Shown here: positions 37,201 to 50,915 of the stretch, piece by piece
Layout: every line of letters begins with the position of its first letter
Numbering within the stretch: position 1 is the first letter of the stretch
NCBI RefSeq assembly: GCF_009834535.1
Contig: NC_045697.1
Location: 78,680,001 to 78,744,000, forward strand
Length of the DNA stretch: 64,000 bases
Source: Camelus ferus
Taxonomy: Eukaryota
Direction: 5' to 3'
Notes under the pieces: model-generated
Told to the model about the DNA's origin: nothing
Seen by the model: only the letters and a program-made list of their open reading frames with translations
The model's database searches: none
Position numbers and translations under genes: made by a program

Positions 37201-40200
37201 CAATCCTTGCTAGAACCTATTGCTAAATTTTTAGGAATATTAAAAGCCAGTTTGACTTCAGGCTGTTAGGTTAGAATTGATCATGATGGGAGAATTAATA
37301 CCCTGGAAATTTGTAAATACAAACTACATTTGGGTTTTCTGTTTGTTTGTCTTTTCTGGAAAGCCAGTTGTTATACATTTATCAGCACATTAAGCACATC
37401 AAGTGGAATAAGTAAATCAATATTGTTAAGCAATGAAGGTCTTCTGTTTTGTAGTTTTTGAATTATTATGATTGACTCCTGGATAAAAATAGTAGGAATT
37501 GTTTCAAAGAGTAATTCAGAACAAATTATGCACATTTAAAACAAAGTGTAGCAAGATGTCAAGACTAACAAGAGAAAACTGCTCTTTCATTTTGTCTTTC
37601 TCCTATTGTCTCAAGATAATTTTGATTTGTATAAATGAAAGCTATGGAGAAGATACAGACCCTAGTTCTATATCCCAGCTGGAAATCACAGTCAAGACTG
37701 CTAGCTATTAACAGTGACTTGTCCTCAGTGGGATGTCCTAGGAAGTGGATTAGCTTTGCATTAAACATCATCAGGGATAAACAAGAAAACTCACCATAGA
37801 AGCACTGCCAGTGGCTTAACATCAAGCCACAGAAAGAGCTCAAGGCAAGCATTACTCCTAATAAATATTCTGATACTGAATCTAAGGGACTCTAAATTTG
37901 GTTTGCAAGATTGCCAACACATGTTACAATGCTTCCTGGGGCCCCGCACCACCACAGAATCATTCTAAAAAGCCAACAGTAGTGGGTGAGAGAAGAGCTT
38001 TAAATCTGGATTTAATTTCTCATAAATGAAATAAATGTGTCTTTTTAACATTTTTCTGCATGCCTGTTGATGAAAAAAAAAAACCCACTGCAGATTTACA
38101 GGGCTAGAAGACTGAAGTTCCAAGAGTCTTTGTTTGAGAACAGTAAGATGTTAAAATCTAATTCATTACAAAATCCTACCAGAATACTTTTTTACTCGAG
38201 ATGATAATTAAAATTTGCATTGAAGAGAGTGACCAAGTACAATAATCCCAGAAAGATTTTAACTCTGGGTTCTTTTTATTTTTCTCACTGCTTTTTATTA
38301 ATCAAAATGTATTTTATACAACAGTAAGGATAACAACAAAAATAACTGACATGACTACTATTTAGCACCTCATCTGATGTAAGGCAGCGTGAGCAATCTC
38401 AGATTGGAAGTGTACGTCCAGATGTGAGTGTAATTTTTGGAAAAACTTTTTAAAAGAAAAGATCACTTAAGGACCTAGGAGAGAAGTCAAAGCATATATC
38501 CTAAACGTTATTGCTATCGGGAGTGTGGAGTGTGATTATTATATTCTCCAATTGTATTTAACATAGGATTTGGACTTAATTTCCCATTGCCAAGAATAGG
38601 CCCATAAAACGAGCTAACCATTCCTTTATGGACCTATTAGCTAACAACTATTAGCATTTTTAATAACAGCAACATTTTGAAGGGTAGAACATTTGGAAAT
38701 CACCAACACAGCAATGAGTCCTGTAAGCATTCTTAGTAAATAAGGGATAAAAAGATTTTTTCCACAGTGGAAAAGAACAAGAGAGAGTTAGTGAAATATT
38801 TAGCTTGAAAATTATTGTCAATGTAATATGCCTTAGTTATAAATTGGTTTTCTTCTTCTGATACTTATGTGTGTTGAATCCATAAGTAAACATTTCCTGA
38901 GATAAAATAAAGAAACGGATAGAAAATAGTCTTAAAAACAAGGAAAGTATGAAATTTAAGCTTTCCAAGTATAACCTTATTCTTATTTTGGTGTTGGTTA
39001 TTATTATTATATTATTATTATCACTATTTATTAACATCATTAAAAAATGCAGTGATATACTTTTAACAGAAAAGTGAGCAAAGTTTCTCTCATGCCAATA
39101 TAAAATTACCATTAAATATGAAGTCTCCTATAACTCTTATGAAACAGAATTATTGGTTGTGTGTAGTGATTTTCATTGGTTTTTTTTTTTTTTTTTTGGA
39201 ATAGTTATATCTGTCAGTTGGGCTGAAAAAAAAAAAGAACCATTTATAAAGTAAAAATGTTCACTTTGAAATTTCCATGCCAATTCGGCAACAACAACAA
39301 CGAAAAAACCCTGTAAACAATTTATGTCTAATGTAGAGGATTCCTGCAGCTGCTACAAAACAAAAAGTAACCACACCAAATGCATTATAGACATCACACT
39401 AACCAAAATTGACAGCGCTAGGTTGGGGAATCAGACATAATCTCATTATTTGGCTGTAGTTTGGACAGCTTCTAGGCATGACTTAAGACACAGAATTCAA
39501 AAGATTACTTTCTAAAATGGCATCTTCCCATTCAAGCTTCTGTTTCCAATTTGTCTTCTCGCTCATACTCCATTCCTCTCCTTCTTCTCTCATCTTCCTC
39601 TCCCTCCCATGGTCGCCTCCTTACTTCCCTCCTGGCTTCCTGGTCAGCTATTTCTGAAGTGGTAACATACTTCCATGGGATTTCCTGTTTGCCCATCAAG
39701 AACTAAATGCAAATTATCTCACTATTACGCTGACCATGAAAGTCTGGGTTGGCCAAGGACCCTCTCACGTGCGAAGTCATTGTTGTGCAGGGAAATGTTG
39801 GTGTGGGGCCAAATTTTTCTTAAATGAATTTACCAAAGGCCATTATCAAGGAACTAGATCTTTGGAAGCACTTATACAAAACATGGTGATAGTGGGAACC
39901 AGATGCTTTCATTTCTAGTACAACGCTTTTGGGAGTGGGGGTCTTTTTTTTTTTTCCCTCCTGGTAAAAAGAGCAAGTTTCCACACTTTATCAAAGACAT
40001 GTTGCAGTAAACTGTATCAAAGTTTGCCTCCACTAATCTGTGGCTGTTATTAATATCAATGGAGAAGAGCTATAAATTCTACCCTGACATGGCTTCAGCG
40101 GTGTGAACCCCCAGATCTTCTCTAATCCTAAGATTAGATACTGAAGTGCTGCTTCAATTGTACGATATTATCACATCCTATCACTTGGCCCCGTTTCAAA

Positions 40201-42789
40201 CTGGGGCATTTATTGACAATACTTTCCAAGCTGTTGCTAAGTTGTGAGCACTCCAGCTTATCTGTTGCTCCTTTTACAGCCTTAACTAGCAAGACTCTCT
40301 CAGAGGAAGTGTCCTGCTAATAATACCACCAGATACAGCCAGCTTGTTTTCACTCCTTTTATTACAAAGGGTCCTTGATAATCATAAACATTTATTTATT
40401 CTCAGTTACTTTTTTAAAGTGGAAGTTTCAGTCTCCTTTGATTTCTTTTTTTTTTTTTTTTTTTTTTGAGGGGAGACCTAATGCTACTTTCACGTTCCTG
40501 TCTCTTTCTTTGGATTTCTTGTTGACCTCCTGAAAACCAGGTAAAGATATGAGGAACTATTTCTTGACATTCATGGCCTTCTTTTTTTTCCCTGTAAAAG
40601 ACTACTTATGTGCAACTCTACAGTATGAATGGTGAATTAAGCACTTTAGGGAGTCAAGTAGAAGCTAGTGTCTTACTGTAGTAGACAATGAAGGCAACAA
40701 AAATAGCTAGACATATTTCGTGGGGAAACATACCTTGTCAGCTGAAAACAGGACTTTCCAAGCTTTCTGAACCATTAGAGTTTTATAAATATTTGGTTAC
40801 ATACACACAGAACACGAGGTAGGGTTGAATCTGCTTGGCATCTGCATTTAGATATCTAAGTGGAGATAAAGTATAAGGCATTGCAAACTCAAAAGGAGCA
40901 AAAGTGAACTGCAGATCATCCCAGCAAATCCACTCTTTTGGCAATATTCCCCACCTAGTTTCTAGCAACTCCATCAGGTTTAGGTTTTTCGGAGATGACT
41001 AGAATTTTAGAATAAAATATGAGAAAAAGTAAAATATGATTTCATTCATTTATTTAACCTCTATTAAAATCATGATTATCTACTGATTTTGTTAAAGAAA
41101 AATTACCAAAAATCTACATTTTTATAAACATACTAATAATTTTCTTAATAACTGTTAGATAAAATAATCCATAACAGGTTACATATTCCCAGAAGGTAAA
41201 ATCTCTCTGTATACTTTGTATGTTTAATGAAAGCTTATAAAATCTGAGGAAGACAAAAATAAAATTTTAAAATTCAACACACAAAATAAATAAATTGGGA
41301 CTAGAGAATGGTAAAAACAAAAAGTATTACATTGATCCACCCACAATACAACTGACCTCAGGAACTATAAGATACTTATACAGTAAACTTCAAAAATATT
41401 TGCATTTAATTTTGAATAAATAAATATCACTGGTATATAAGCCAGGGACCTTTGCTAGCACTTTGTCAGTTTTCTTTGATCTATGGAAGTTCTAAGTCCT
41501 TTTCCAGATTTCAGCTAATTACCAGGAGGCTTCTTTTCCTCTGCTCCACCTGCCTTTAGCCTTGTGCATCTCCATCAGCTGTTTTGGTCTGTTACTGACT
41601 TTGGCATAATTTTGGCATAAATGTCAGCCCTCCTGTTAGTGTGCACAAGAAAGCCTTCCTTTTTGATATTTGAAGATTTTAGAGGGGCACACGGTGAAGT
41701 CTTATCACAGGGCATGTAGCCTTCCATCATTTTTCTGGTTCTTTTCTTTCCCTTCCTCTTCTACTCCTTTCTCATTCTTTCTCCCTTTTAGAAGCAAAGC
41801 AAGTCTTCTCTGTAACTCATGTTTAGTTGACCTTTGCATTCTGACGTGTCGGTGCATGAAAACATTCTCGTTACTGAGACTGTCGCCTACCCATGCAAAC
41901 TAGTGAATGTCTTTTCTAAAACAAAGCATTTCTCTCCACAAGGAAAAATGCTAGTTACTGCTGCAAATAAGTTAAAAATTAAATTCCAGCCAGTTGATCT
42001 TTATAACATTAAGCAGCAAGAGAAATTGCTCTAGTGGCCTTCAGTAAAAATAGCATTTAGTTCCTACTTTTCCCAAAAAGAATTTTATGCAACTTGAAAA
42101 TACTAAAATCTAGCTAATTATTGTAACATAAATAAAGATAAATAAGAAAATGTGGACAAAGGGAAAATACAGTAAAGATAACTAAGATGAAGCAAGGAAT
42201 CAGAATGGTATATTAAATGTCTACTGAAGAATGACCAACAAATTTAACTCTGATATCAACAGTCATTTCAAAGGGGAACCTAATCAATCTCATGACTCAG
42301 TTGCCATAAAGTTAAAAAAGAACTGTTTCTCAGAAACCCAACTATCCACAGCATAAAGATTGAAAAAAAAAAAAAACCTTTTACTGACTGCATTAAAAAG
42401 ATACTCTGTAATAAGGTAAACAAAATTCTCAAATAAAAATCCTTAGGATAAATAAAAATATGAGTGTAAAAGAGTAGGCTAAATGCATTAGAAGTTAAGG
42501 GTACTTAATAAAACTAGGTTTTTGAGGGAAATAGTCAATGCACTCATTTCTTTGCTATCTCAGTAGCACTCGGAGTGCCAAGGAATGTTTAACATTAGTT
42601 GAATATGGTTTTCAAAAGTCAAACCAGTCAAACCTTTCCTTTAGTTCTGTGGTTGGTAAAATCATTGTAAGGTCTTCTGTGAGCAAGACAATATAGTATT
42701 AATTTACTCTAAAAACAGAATGTATTAAACTTACATTCTTCAATTAATTGCATAATTTGGAACCTCGAGTATCTGATATTTTAAGAAAT

Positions 42790-42908
42790 ATTTCTCCTTA
42801 CAAAATGCCCATTGGTAAAAATTAGTCCTATGCCTTGCCTACCTGCAAGGAGGCTAAGAAATGGAAAAGAGCCAATGGAAAACTGTGGACATCACTTTCT
42901 CTGCCACA
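42790..42908 (-). mobile_element. MLT1 LTR fragment
   Basis: ccattggtaaaaattagtc...ctgcaaggaggctaagaaatg...tctctgccaca is an MLT1 5' end reversed. Confidence 0.6.
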
Positions 42909-44119
42909 AAGCCTGTGTTATAACCTTGCAAATCCATTTCAAGATGATCTTCACTGGTTCCCTATGATCAGTAATCTTATATTGTACATCAAGATGCCTC
43001 TTTCATATTATAAAATAAATCTACACTGTAAAAAACTGCAACAATTATTTCCAATTTGGATTTTCACTTCTGAGGAATAAAGCATACCCATATTGGCAAT
43101 GTCATATTTATGGAGAAAAGCTTTCAAATGAAATTACAGCCTAAAATGTTTTCTCTCCTCAATTAGGGAAAAAATAAAAGACTATGTAATAATTTAATTA
43201 TTTTGTAAGGGAAAAAACTACCATATTTATGTATGTAGTTTTTTTCTATTTCGATTTTATAAACTGTACTTAAATTTTCTTTTAAATGTTCCCAAACCAA
43301 ATGTGTAATATTAGGTGATTTTCAAATTGATTGGTTGGCAATCTTATTTTTCTTATTTAATTAATTGAAAGTAAGCTTAACTGATTTTATTAACTAAAGA
43401 AAACATGTTTTATAATATAAATACTATTAAGGATTGAATAAAAAGCTCTATAATAAAATCGTTACTAATACACTAATAAAAGATTTTATTTACTTAAAAT
43501 CATTTCTTATCATTTGCCATGAAAGAAAATTTTTCAAAATTCCTACTGATTTTTAAAAATTATCTTTAGTGATAAAAATGGATCACTAAAAAGAAAAATA
43601 TATAGTTAGAAATTGCTGGTATAGAAAAAAAGATTACTGAACTGATAATACAAAATCTGAGTTCTCAGACTGGCTCTGTGCCCCATTTCTCCTGTCACCA
43701 AATCAAGGGTTCGCTGAAAGATTGCTGGGGCACAAAAGAGGGCCCTCCCAGGAGCCTATCATCAGACTATGTATTAACAGTAGGAAGGCACTGCAACCAC
43801 TTCTTCACGCCAAACCACACTGTAACAGACCCAGTGAGAAAGTTCTGTTCATTCTTCATCCCTCACTCTTCCAAATGCTTTTGGATGATTTGCTAGGATA
43901 ACGCCACTAATTAGGATTAAAAAGTGAAGTAAAACCTATGAGAAGAGACAGTATAGGAAAAAAAACACATAAGGAAACAAAGTACAATGAATATGAAAAA
44001 AAATGGTTTCACCACAAAAGACTGGTCACCCAGGATACGACTTTACGATACTGCCTTCCATCCAATAGCATAGTCTGTCCTTTTACTTGTTCAGTTCTCA
44101 CGTTATTACTTTAAAATAT

Positions 44120-44425
44120 TTTGTACCTTTATTCATAGCTATCTGATTAATTTTGAAAGAATTTTAAAGGTTTTCTCAATAATATGCATGGCATTTTTAC
44201 AATTTCATTTTAGTTAACTGTTGACAGTATAGATGAAACCTATTGTACTGTATCTGTTTATTTTTATTTATCAAAGTCATTTAATAATTTTAGTATTTTT
44301 TAGAAGATGCTATTAGAATATTTCTAAGTATCCAGTAATCAAGTTATATGTGCATATACACAAATGCATAAATAATTCAATCTCTTTATAGATTTTATTT
44401 AATTTTTTTCTCTTGGCTGACTGAT
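44120..44425 (-). mobile_element. Old L1 (L1ME-like) ORF2 remnant
   Basis: T-rich, with degenerate similarity to the reverse of the L1 RT region (gatgctattagaatatttctaagtatccagtaatc). Confidence 0.45.
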
Positions 44426-45000
44426 GTCACATTGAAGAATTCATTCCCAAAATACTTAAGTGGCTTGTGAAAATACAAAATAATAAAACAAGATTAAAAA
44501 CTTCCAGATGCAATAAATCAAAGAAAATTGAATAAATAATAAGCTTCAAAAATTGGCAATCATGTAAGGAAACAGAAATCCTAAATACAATAAAGATACA
44601 AAACACACATCAATTTCTAATTCTCAAGACCCTTGCTGATGAGTCAATGAATTCTGAGATTCTTTATTAATACTCCTAAATATGGACTTCATAAAAATCA
44701 AATGAGTTTCAGTATTTTTTTCCTCCTTTTACTGAAGAGAAGTGAAAAAGTTTGTTGGAAAATAAGCAATATCACTGACTCTTCTTCCTATAGATATATA
44801 TTTATTCCCATGGGGGATAGATACGACTTTAATTAAGCATATTTCAATCAGAGAAAATCAGCCTTTTTGTTTACTCCTCAGTTTCCCTCCAGCAACCTTT
44901 TCCACTTCTCCTCAGTACAAAGAAAAGATCAAATCATTAAAGAATGCAATCTGGTGGAAGTATAAGTCAGCGAAAAGATGATTATTCCCTACTTCTTTAT

Positions 45001-45370
45001 TGCTACAGACTGAATGCTTGTGTCCTCCCAAAATTCATATGTTGATACCCAATCCCCAGTGTGATGGTATTTGGAGGCGACATCTTCAGGAAGTGATTAG
45101 GTCATGAGGGCAGAAGCCTCATGAATTGGATTAGTATCCTTATAAAAGAGAGACTTCTGAAAGCTTCCTTGTCCCCTTCTACTATGTGAGGACACAGCAA
45201 GATGAACATCTACAAACCAGGAAGCCTGCCCTTAGCAGATACTGAATCTACAGGGGCCTTGATTTTGGACTTCCAAGCCTCCAAGAGCTATGAAAAAAAA
45301 AAAATTCTATTATTTTCAAACAACCCAGTTGACAGCATTTTTGCTATGGTAGTCCAAATGAACTAAGACA
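45001..45370 (+). mobile_element. MLT1A/MLT1A0 MaLR solo LTR
   Basis: tgctacagactgaatgcttgtgtcctcccaaaattcatatgttga...ggtcatgagggc...ttgattttggacttcc...aactaagaca; perfect 5-bp TSD tttat (44996-45000 and 45371-45375). Confidence 0.93.
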
Positions 45371-45399
45371 TTTATACTAAAAAATACACAGCAAGAACA

Positions 45400-46130
45400 T
45401 GAGTTAAATTGAATAAGATACCAGAGTTGAGATGTTAATATCTAGAACAGGCTAGAAAGTGGTATTTAATATTGAGAAAACAAATTGAGAATAAAACAAC
45501 TTTATTGCAGAATTAATAATAAATTAGAAGCAGAATGACCAAATATGCGTGATTCAAAAGTTAATTGGCATAAATAAAAGGCTTTAAATAATCATCCTAA
45601 ATGTAGGATGGGCCAAGACCAAGATCTTAAACTAAAGAGAAGATAATGTACATGAAAGATAGATCAAGATGAACAAGATGAAGTAGAAAACCCAGCAAAT
45701 GGACCAAACGATATGTCTGATGTTATTTACATAAATCTGAAATAAAGAAAGAAAACTGAATTTGCAGCTTAAAGGGTACAAAGAAAAATTTGAGACAGAC
45801 TGTTCAATCCTAGTTTAGCCATAGAATGTCAAGGATTAAGAAAGAATTACTCAAGCATCTAGATAGAGAAAGCAATTCACCTGCACGGATGGAAAATTCA
45901 AGCAGGCTTCAGATTTCTCCACAGAAACATGCAGTGCCAGAAAACAGTTGCACAACGTAGACAAGTGTGATGCAAGAACATAATACCCAGCCAAGCAGTT
46001 ATTCAAGTAAAAAGGCAGCAGATATTTTTAAACATGAAAAAATTCAGGAAATGCAACAGCCGTAAGTCATACTGATAAAAGGAAAAAGGTTTCAATGGCA
46101 AAATCCAATCATTTAAGAGATAAAGTTCAA
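45400..46130 (+). mobile_element. Old L1/HAL1 ORF1-region remnant
   Basis: A-rich; caggcttcagatttctccacagaaac...gccagaaaacag...atacccagccaagc...ttcaag resembles the L1 ORF1 C-terminal coding region. Confidence 0.7.
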
Positions 46131-46240
46131 AAGCAATCATCCCAGAATTTATCTATTGAAATTTAGAATTTAAAAACAAATTGTTAATTTTAATTCCAGG
46201 TCATTTTTCAGTGCTGCATCTGAATCTCTTTAGTTTCTCT

Positions 46241-46328
46241 TCTTTTTTTCTTTTTTTTTTTTAAATTATTTGTGTGGATAATTTGTTTTCTTTCTTTCTT
46301 TAAATTGAAGTATAGTCAGTTACAGTGT
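46241..46328 (-). mobile_element. Very short young L1 3' end with poly(A) tail
   Basis: T-rich tail followed by attgaagtatagtcagttacagtgt, a laurasiatherian/artiodactyl-type L1 terminus reversed. Confidence 0.6.
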
Positions 46329-46512
46329 GAGATTCTCTTATTTTTCTATTGTTTGTATTAATATTGCCATCTATATCCATCTGTTTTCTGGCACTGAATG
46401 TTACTATGGAAAAATCAAAGACCTTCCTGGTTTTCTTCCAAAAATTCTGCTTATTCTTTTTCTCTCTGGATGCTGAGTGCCCTTAAGTGTTCTTCTAGGT
46501 AAACTGCCTTTT

Positions 46513-46570
46513 CTGTTTGGAAAGTTGCACAGTGTGGTAGGCTGTTTGGAAACTTGCACAGTGTGGTAGG
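46513..46570. repeat. 29-bp tandem duplication with one mismatch
   Basis: ctgtttggaaa(g/c)ttgcacagtgtggtagg twice. Confidence 0.93.
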
Positions 46571-47257
46571 CAGAGAGCAGGCCTGAATCACCTTCCAGGT
46601 TTCTTTGGTTTTCAGATTACATGAAAGGGGCTCAGAAGTTCCTGCATGCCGCCCGCTGCAGGACCACCACCCTATACAGCTTTCTCTAAGAGCTGTCTGA
46701 ACTATGGAAGCTAAGAGTAAGCTGTTACAGCACCTTGAGACACAGTAAACCCACCGCTGAGGGCAAGTGCTGCTGTCTCTGCTCCTGCCAGTCAGCAGTT
46801 TGAGGACGTGCATACCTTCAATTCTACCTTACAATAGCAAGAGGGAACTTCTCTTCCCCACAGGCTCTAATTAGTGCTCTCCTGGTCCTTGGGTAGGGAA
46901 AATCTCAGTCATTTAGTTCACTATGCTCTATTTTTTGCAGGCAGTAGGGTGCCCCGGGTCCTACCAGTGCCGGGACCATCCTTCCACTGGTACTTCACAC
47001 AACGCATGGGCCATGTTCTGTGTAAAGGTATCAGGGTTGTGGTCTTTTCTCCACCCTTTCTGCCACCTCAAGTCACTAAGGTTTGGTGCAGCTGAGAGGG
47101 GAAGCAAAGCCTTGTGCACGCCCTAATCTCCCACATTCTGGCACAGAACAAAGTTTTGTTTTCATTCTCATGCCCTGTCCTACCTTCTGCTACACTTGGG
47201 AGAGACAGTCAGACTGTAGTGACAAAAGGAAAAAGTCAGAGACATGTATTCAGCCTG

Positions 47258-47585
47258 TGTGGTAGTCATGGGAGTCATGGAAGATGTGCACGCCGAATGG
47301 ATTGTTCAAAGTGCTTACCTCCTGCTATGTGGACAGCCTCCGCTACTCGATCTGCCTCCAGATCCAGCACCACATTTCCATGGGGGCCACACTTCCCACA
47401 GGCTACTCCTAGCCAATGACCAAGGATGGTGGGGGAACAAAAGCAGGCCTGTCCCTGAGAAATTCAGGACCCTTGTAAGAGCATCTTTAGCTCAAGGACT
47501 CATTGTTGGCCTGGCCAATTCAAGAACCTTCTACCCAATCATCCTCCCTTCTCTCTTTCCCATTACAGGTATCAGACCTGCATCT
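47258..47585 (+). mobile_element. ERVL LTR16-family LTR (3'-incomplete)
   Basis: tgtggtagtcatgg start; ggccacacttcccacaggctactcctagccaatgac; acaggtatcagacctgcat. Confidence 0.7.
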
Positions 47586-47849
47586 CCCCCTTAAAGGAGC
47601 AGCGGGAAAAATGAGGGTGAAACCCTGAAACCTGGAATTTAATATTACTTATCAAAATAACAACAACAGCAATAACAAAGTTCACACAAAAGACTATTTT
47701 ATCCTTAAAGAGTCTTAAAACTGGAAGATAGCATACCTGGAAAGGTAATCTTTCCCCTACCATCTCGTTCTGTAAGTTTGGATATTTTAGGGAAAAAAAT
47801 AGGCAAAACGCACGTACTTTTGCCTGTGGCTAAGTGTGAAGTAAGAATA

Positions 47850-48058
47850 GATAATATTAAATGAAGTGAGGTAAAATTTTAAGCACTTTATACATTTTAA
47901 TTTTTAATACTTCATAAAACTTAAGATACTAAAAATTACTTCCCCCATTTTACAGATGTAGAAAATGAGGCATAGAAAAGTGAAGTGACTTTCTCAAAGC
48001 CACACAGCTAGGAAGCAAGCAGCAGAACTGAGATTCGATCCCAGGTACTGTGGCTCCT
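47850..48058 (-). mobile_element. MIR SINE
   Basis: cccattttacagatgtagaaaatgaggcataga...aagccacacagctag...gagattcgatcccagg. Confidence 0.9.
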
Positions 48059-48384
48059 TAGATGGCAAGATTTGTCATTTTGGCCAGCTGTCTCTTCGTA
48101 TGTTTCATGAACTGAAGAGAACGGCAATCTCCTTATTGATGTACAAATTAAGTACAAGCTTTGTTCCCTTGCAATTAAGACTCAACAAACTGTCCCAGAC
48201 CTATTATTCCTGCTTCATTACTTATTACTATACTTCATGAACTTTAATTGTACTCAAAAGAAATTGGATTTTTTTCTCTGTTTCTCATACTTCAATTCTC
48301 TTTTCATATATTCATGATATCACCTGTGTTCCAGGTTTCCCTGGCAGGTACCATAGCCCCTAAACACATGTATATATATTTTAT

Positions 48385-49045
48385 CACTCAATAATTATTT
48401 ATTAAGCATTTATCACATGCCCAGCACTTGGTAGACACTAAACATTCACTGGTGAAAATGACAGGCAAGTTTTTCATCCTCAACAGAGCTTATACTCTAG
48501 TGTCAAAGACTAGATGAACTAGATAAGGTACATACAGATTTCAGACAATGTTGTAAATAGAAATACAGGAGAGTAAAAGAGAGACAGAAACTAAGGAAGA
48601 AGCTTCTCTGGTCAGATGGCATCTTAGCTGAAATCTGAAGGATAAGAAGAGACTGTCTGCAAGTTGCCCAGGTGAGGGCTTTCTAAGAGAAAAGGAAAGC
48701 CACTGAAAGGACTTAAGCAGAATGACTGTTTGAGCTCTGGGGAAGACATGATGTTGGGATGGATGGGCGGTCGCAGTGATGACGAAAACTGTAGAGATTT
48801 GGTCAGGGGTTGGATGGGTGATGCTGGAGCAGAGGGTGGAGGCCAAGGAAGAATAAAAAGGATATCTCCTAAGTTTGGAACTTCAGCAACTCAGAAGATG
48901 CTGGTACCATTTATCATGATGTGAGAGGCTGAGTATATGGCAGAAAACTCCAAGACTTCAATCTTAGACATAAATTAGAAATTCCTAATCAATACCCAAT
49001 CAAAGATATCAAGTAGGTGAGATACTGAAATCTGGAGCTCAGAAT
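48385..49045 (-). mobile_element. L2 LINE 3' portion
   Basis: cactcaataattatttattaagcatttatcacatgcccagcact...agagcttatactctag...ccactgaaaggacttaagcag...ctggagctcag. Confidence 0.85.
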
Positions 49046-50769
49046 CGGGCAGCAAAGTGTTTCTGAATCTTTCTACCATCAAGATGTGACCATTAGATTC
49101 TGTGAGCTCTCATCAACTTTGTGCATTTTTTTTGCCATTTACCACATGAAAGCTTTTGAAAAATATTCTGGCACATATGAAAATTTCTGTTTGAGTCATG
49201 TTAAAATACACAGACAAATAACAGACACTAAAGGTTTTCCTGCCTAATCTCACAAATTACCCTTCATCTATAAGCACCCAGGAGGTGAGGATTGTCATTA
49301 GCCAGTTACATATAATTGTTATATCTGTCTACTAGATGGTTGTCCATATTTATATTTCTTGTAGCTCCAAAGAAATTTTGTTTAATAATGCTATCATTGA
49401 TATAAGTAAACATCTGCCCTCCCAAAAGTCTTTTGTAAAATAGTTTTCCTTATTTTTCTTATGGTGTACTTATCTTTAGATAAACATAAATCATGTTACT
49501 CAAGAAAAAGAAATGACTAGCAAGTTCTAAAGATATCATACTGTACTGTGGGAAGAAAAATAAATACCATCCCTGTTAAAAAACCAACAGAGCCTCATAA
49601 AGTTATCTGATAAATGGTAAGAATTTGTAAAGGACATCAAAATCAAGAAGCAATGTTTACAACAAATTTTGAAAATTCATAAATAGACTTAAATTAATGT
49701 ATGCTAGAATTCACTTGACATATTTAAAATGTTTTGTTATTTTTACAAACATAACCTAGGAAAATTTCCATATAGTAAGCCCATATATTTAAGTCAGGTG
49801 CATAGCAACATTCATTGAAATATTTTCTCATCTCATACACAGTTATGTAAATAATATAAAACCATTATTTTCCTTTCTCTGTTGTTTTTTTTTCATTTTT
49901 TTTCATTTTTTCTTTCTTTGTTGAAGTGAAGGATATTTCAAAGTCATTCAAAAGGTTGTACTGCTTTTAGGATTAATTGAATAATACAGTGCTGAAATTA
50001 CAAATTGATTTTAAAGACCCTGCTAAAGTGTCTCTCTGTATTTTAAATTATCACCAAAGCTTTAGGATGAGAGATTGAAAAGATGATAAAAGCAACCTAC
50101 TTACCCAATAGTTTATTACTTTAAAAAAATTGCTAGTGTTCGATTTCAAGTGATGTTGCATAACATGACTCCCCTGAAAGACTTAAGTTTTGACACACTA
50201 AGGAGGGCTGCTAAAGGTCAACACGGTAGAGCTGCTGCTTTATATCAGCAACTATCAAACATATTTATTATCAATACCTGTGGTGTGCCAAACAGCTGTA
50301 GTTGGTCTCCTTGAAGTACTTTGAGTAGTTTGTATGGAACTATTAGCACTGGTAATAATTTTCAACATAAATTGATAAAATAGGACCAGATTTGTGGATA
50401 TCATGACCTCTGCAGCAGGAATAGCTCCTCTTATCTGAATGCATCCCCCTTACCAATTTAATCTCTTAAAACAAAAATCTAAATGTCAGCATCTATCAGT
50501 GCTGTTTCTTCACCAGCTGTGAGCACTAACATATGTGAGGTGCTCTACTGAATACAATAATATTCCTCACTGTGTTCTCAGTCTCCATTACATACCATCC
50601 AGCTGGATATCTGTTCACACAGTTACTCACATTCATTATTTTTAGAGACAAGAAAGAGAAGCCAGAATTGTTACCTAGTATCGGCAAAAATAATGATACC
50701 TTAAAACTACTTGTATATAAAAATCACAGTTATATATATAAGATAATATACTTGTATTATTTCATTCTC

Positions 50770-50915
50770 TAAACCATCCTGTGAATTAGACACCATCATA
50801 TCCATTTTTGAAATGAGACAATAGTGACCAAAATTCCCTCCCTCAAATCAAACACCTGAAAATTCTAAAGCCAACCCCGACCCTGGCCTTGTGATTGCAT
50901 ATATTTTCACCACAT
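50770..50915 (-). mobile_element. MIR fragment
   Basis: aaccatcctgtgaattaga...atccatttttgaaatgaga. Confidence 0.5.

Noticed and set aside
46513..46570. 29-bp direct repeat as a CRISPR-like repeat
   Set aside because: Only two adjacent copies, no spacer, no cas genes, eukaryotic DNA.
46451..47594. Dense overlapping ORFs suggesting a coding island
   Set aside because: Higher GC from LTR16 and L1-like sequence lowers stop-codon frequency; no recognisable peptide.
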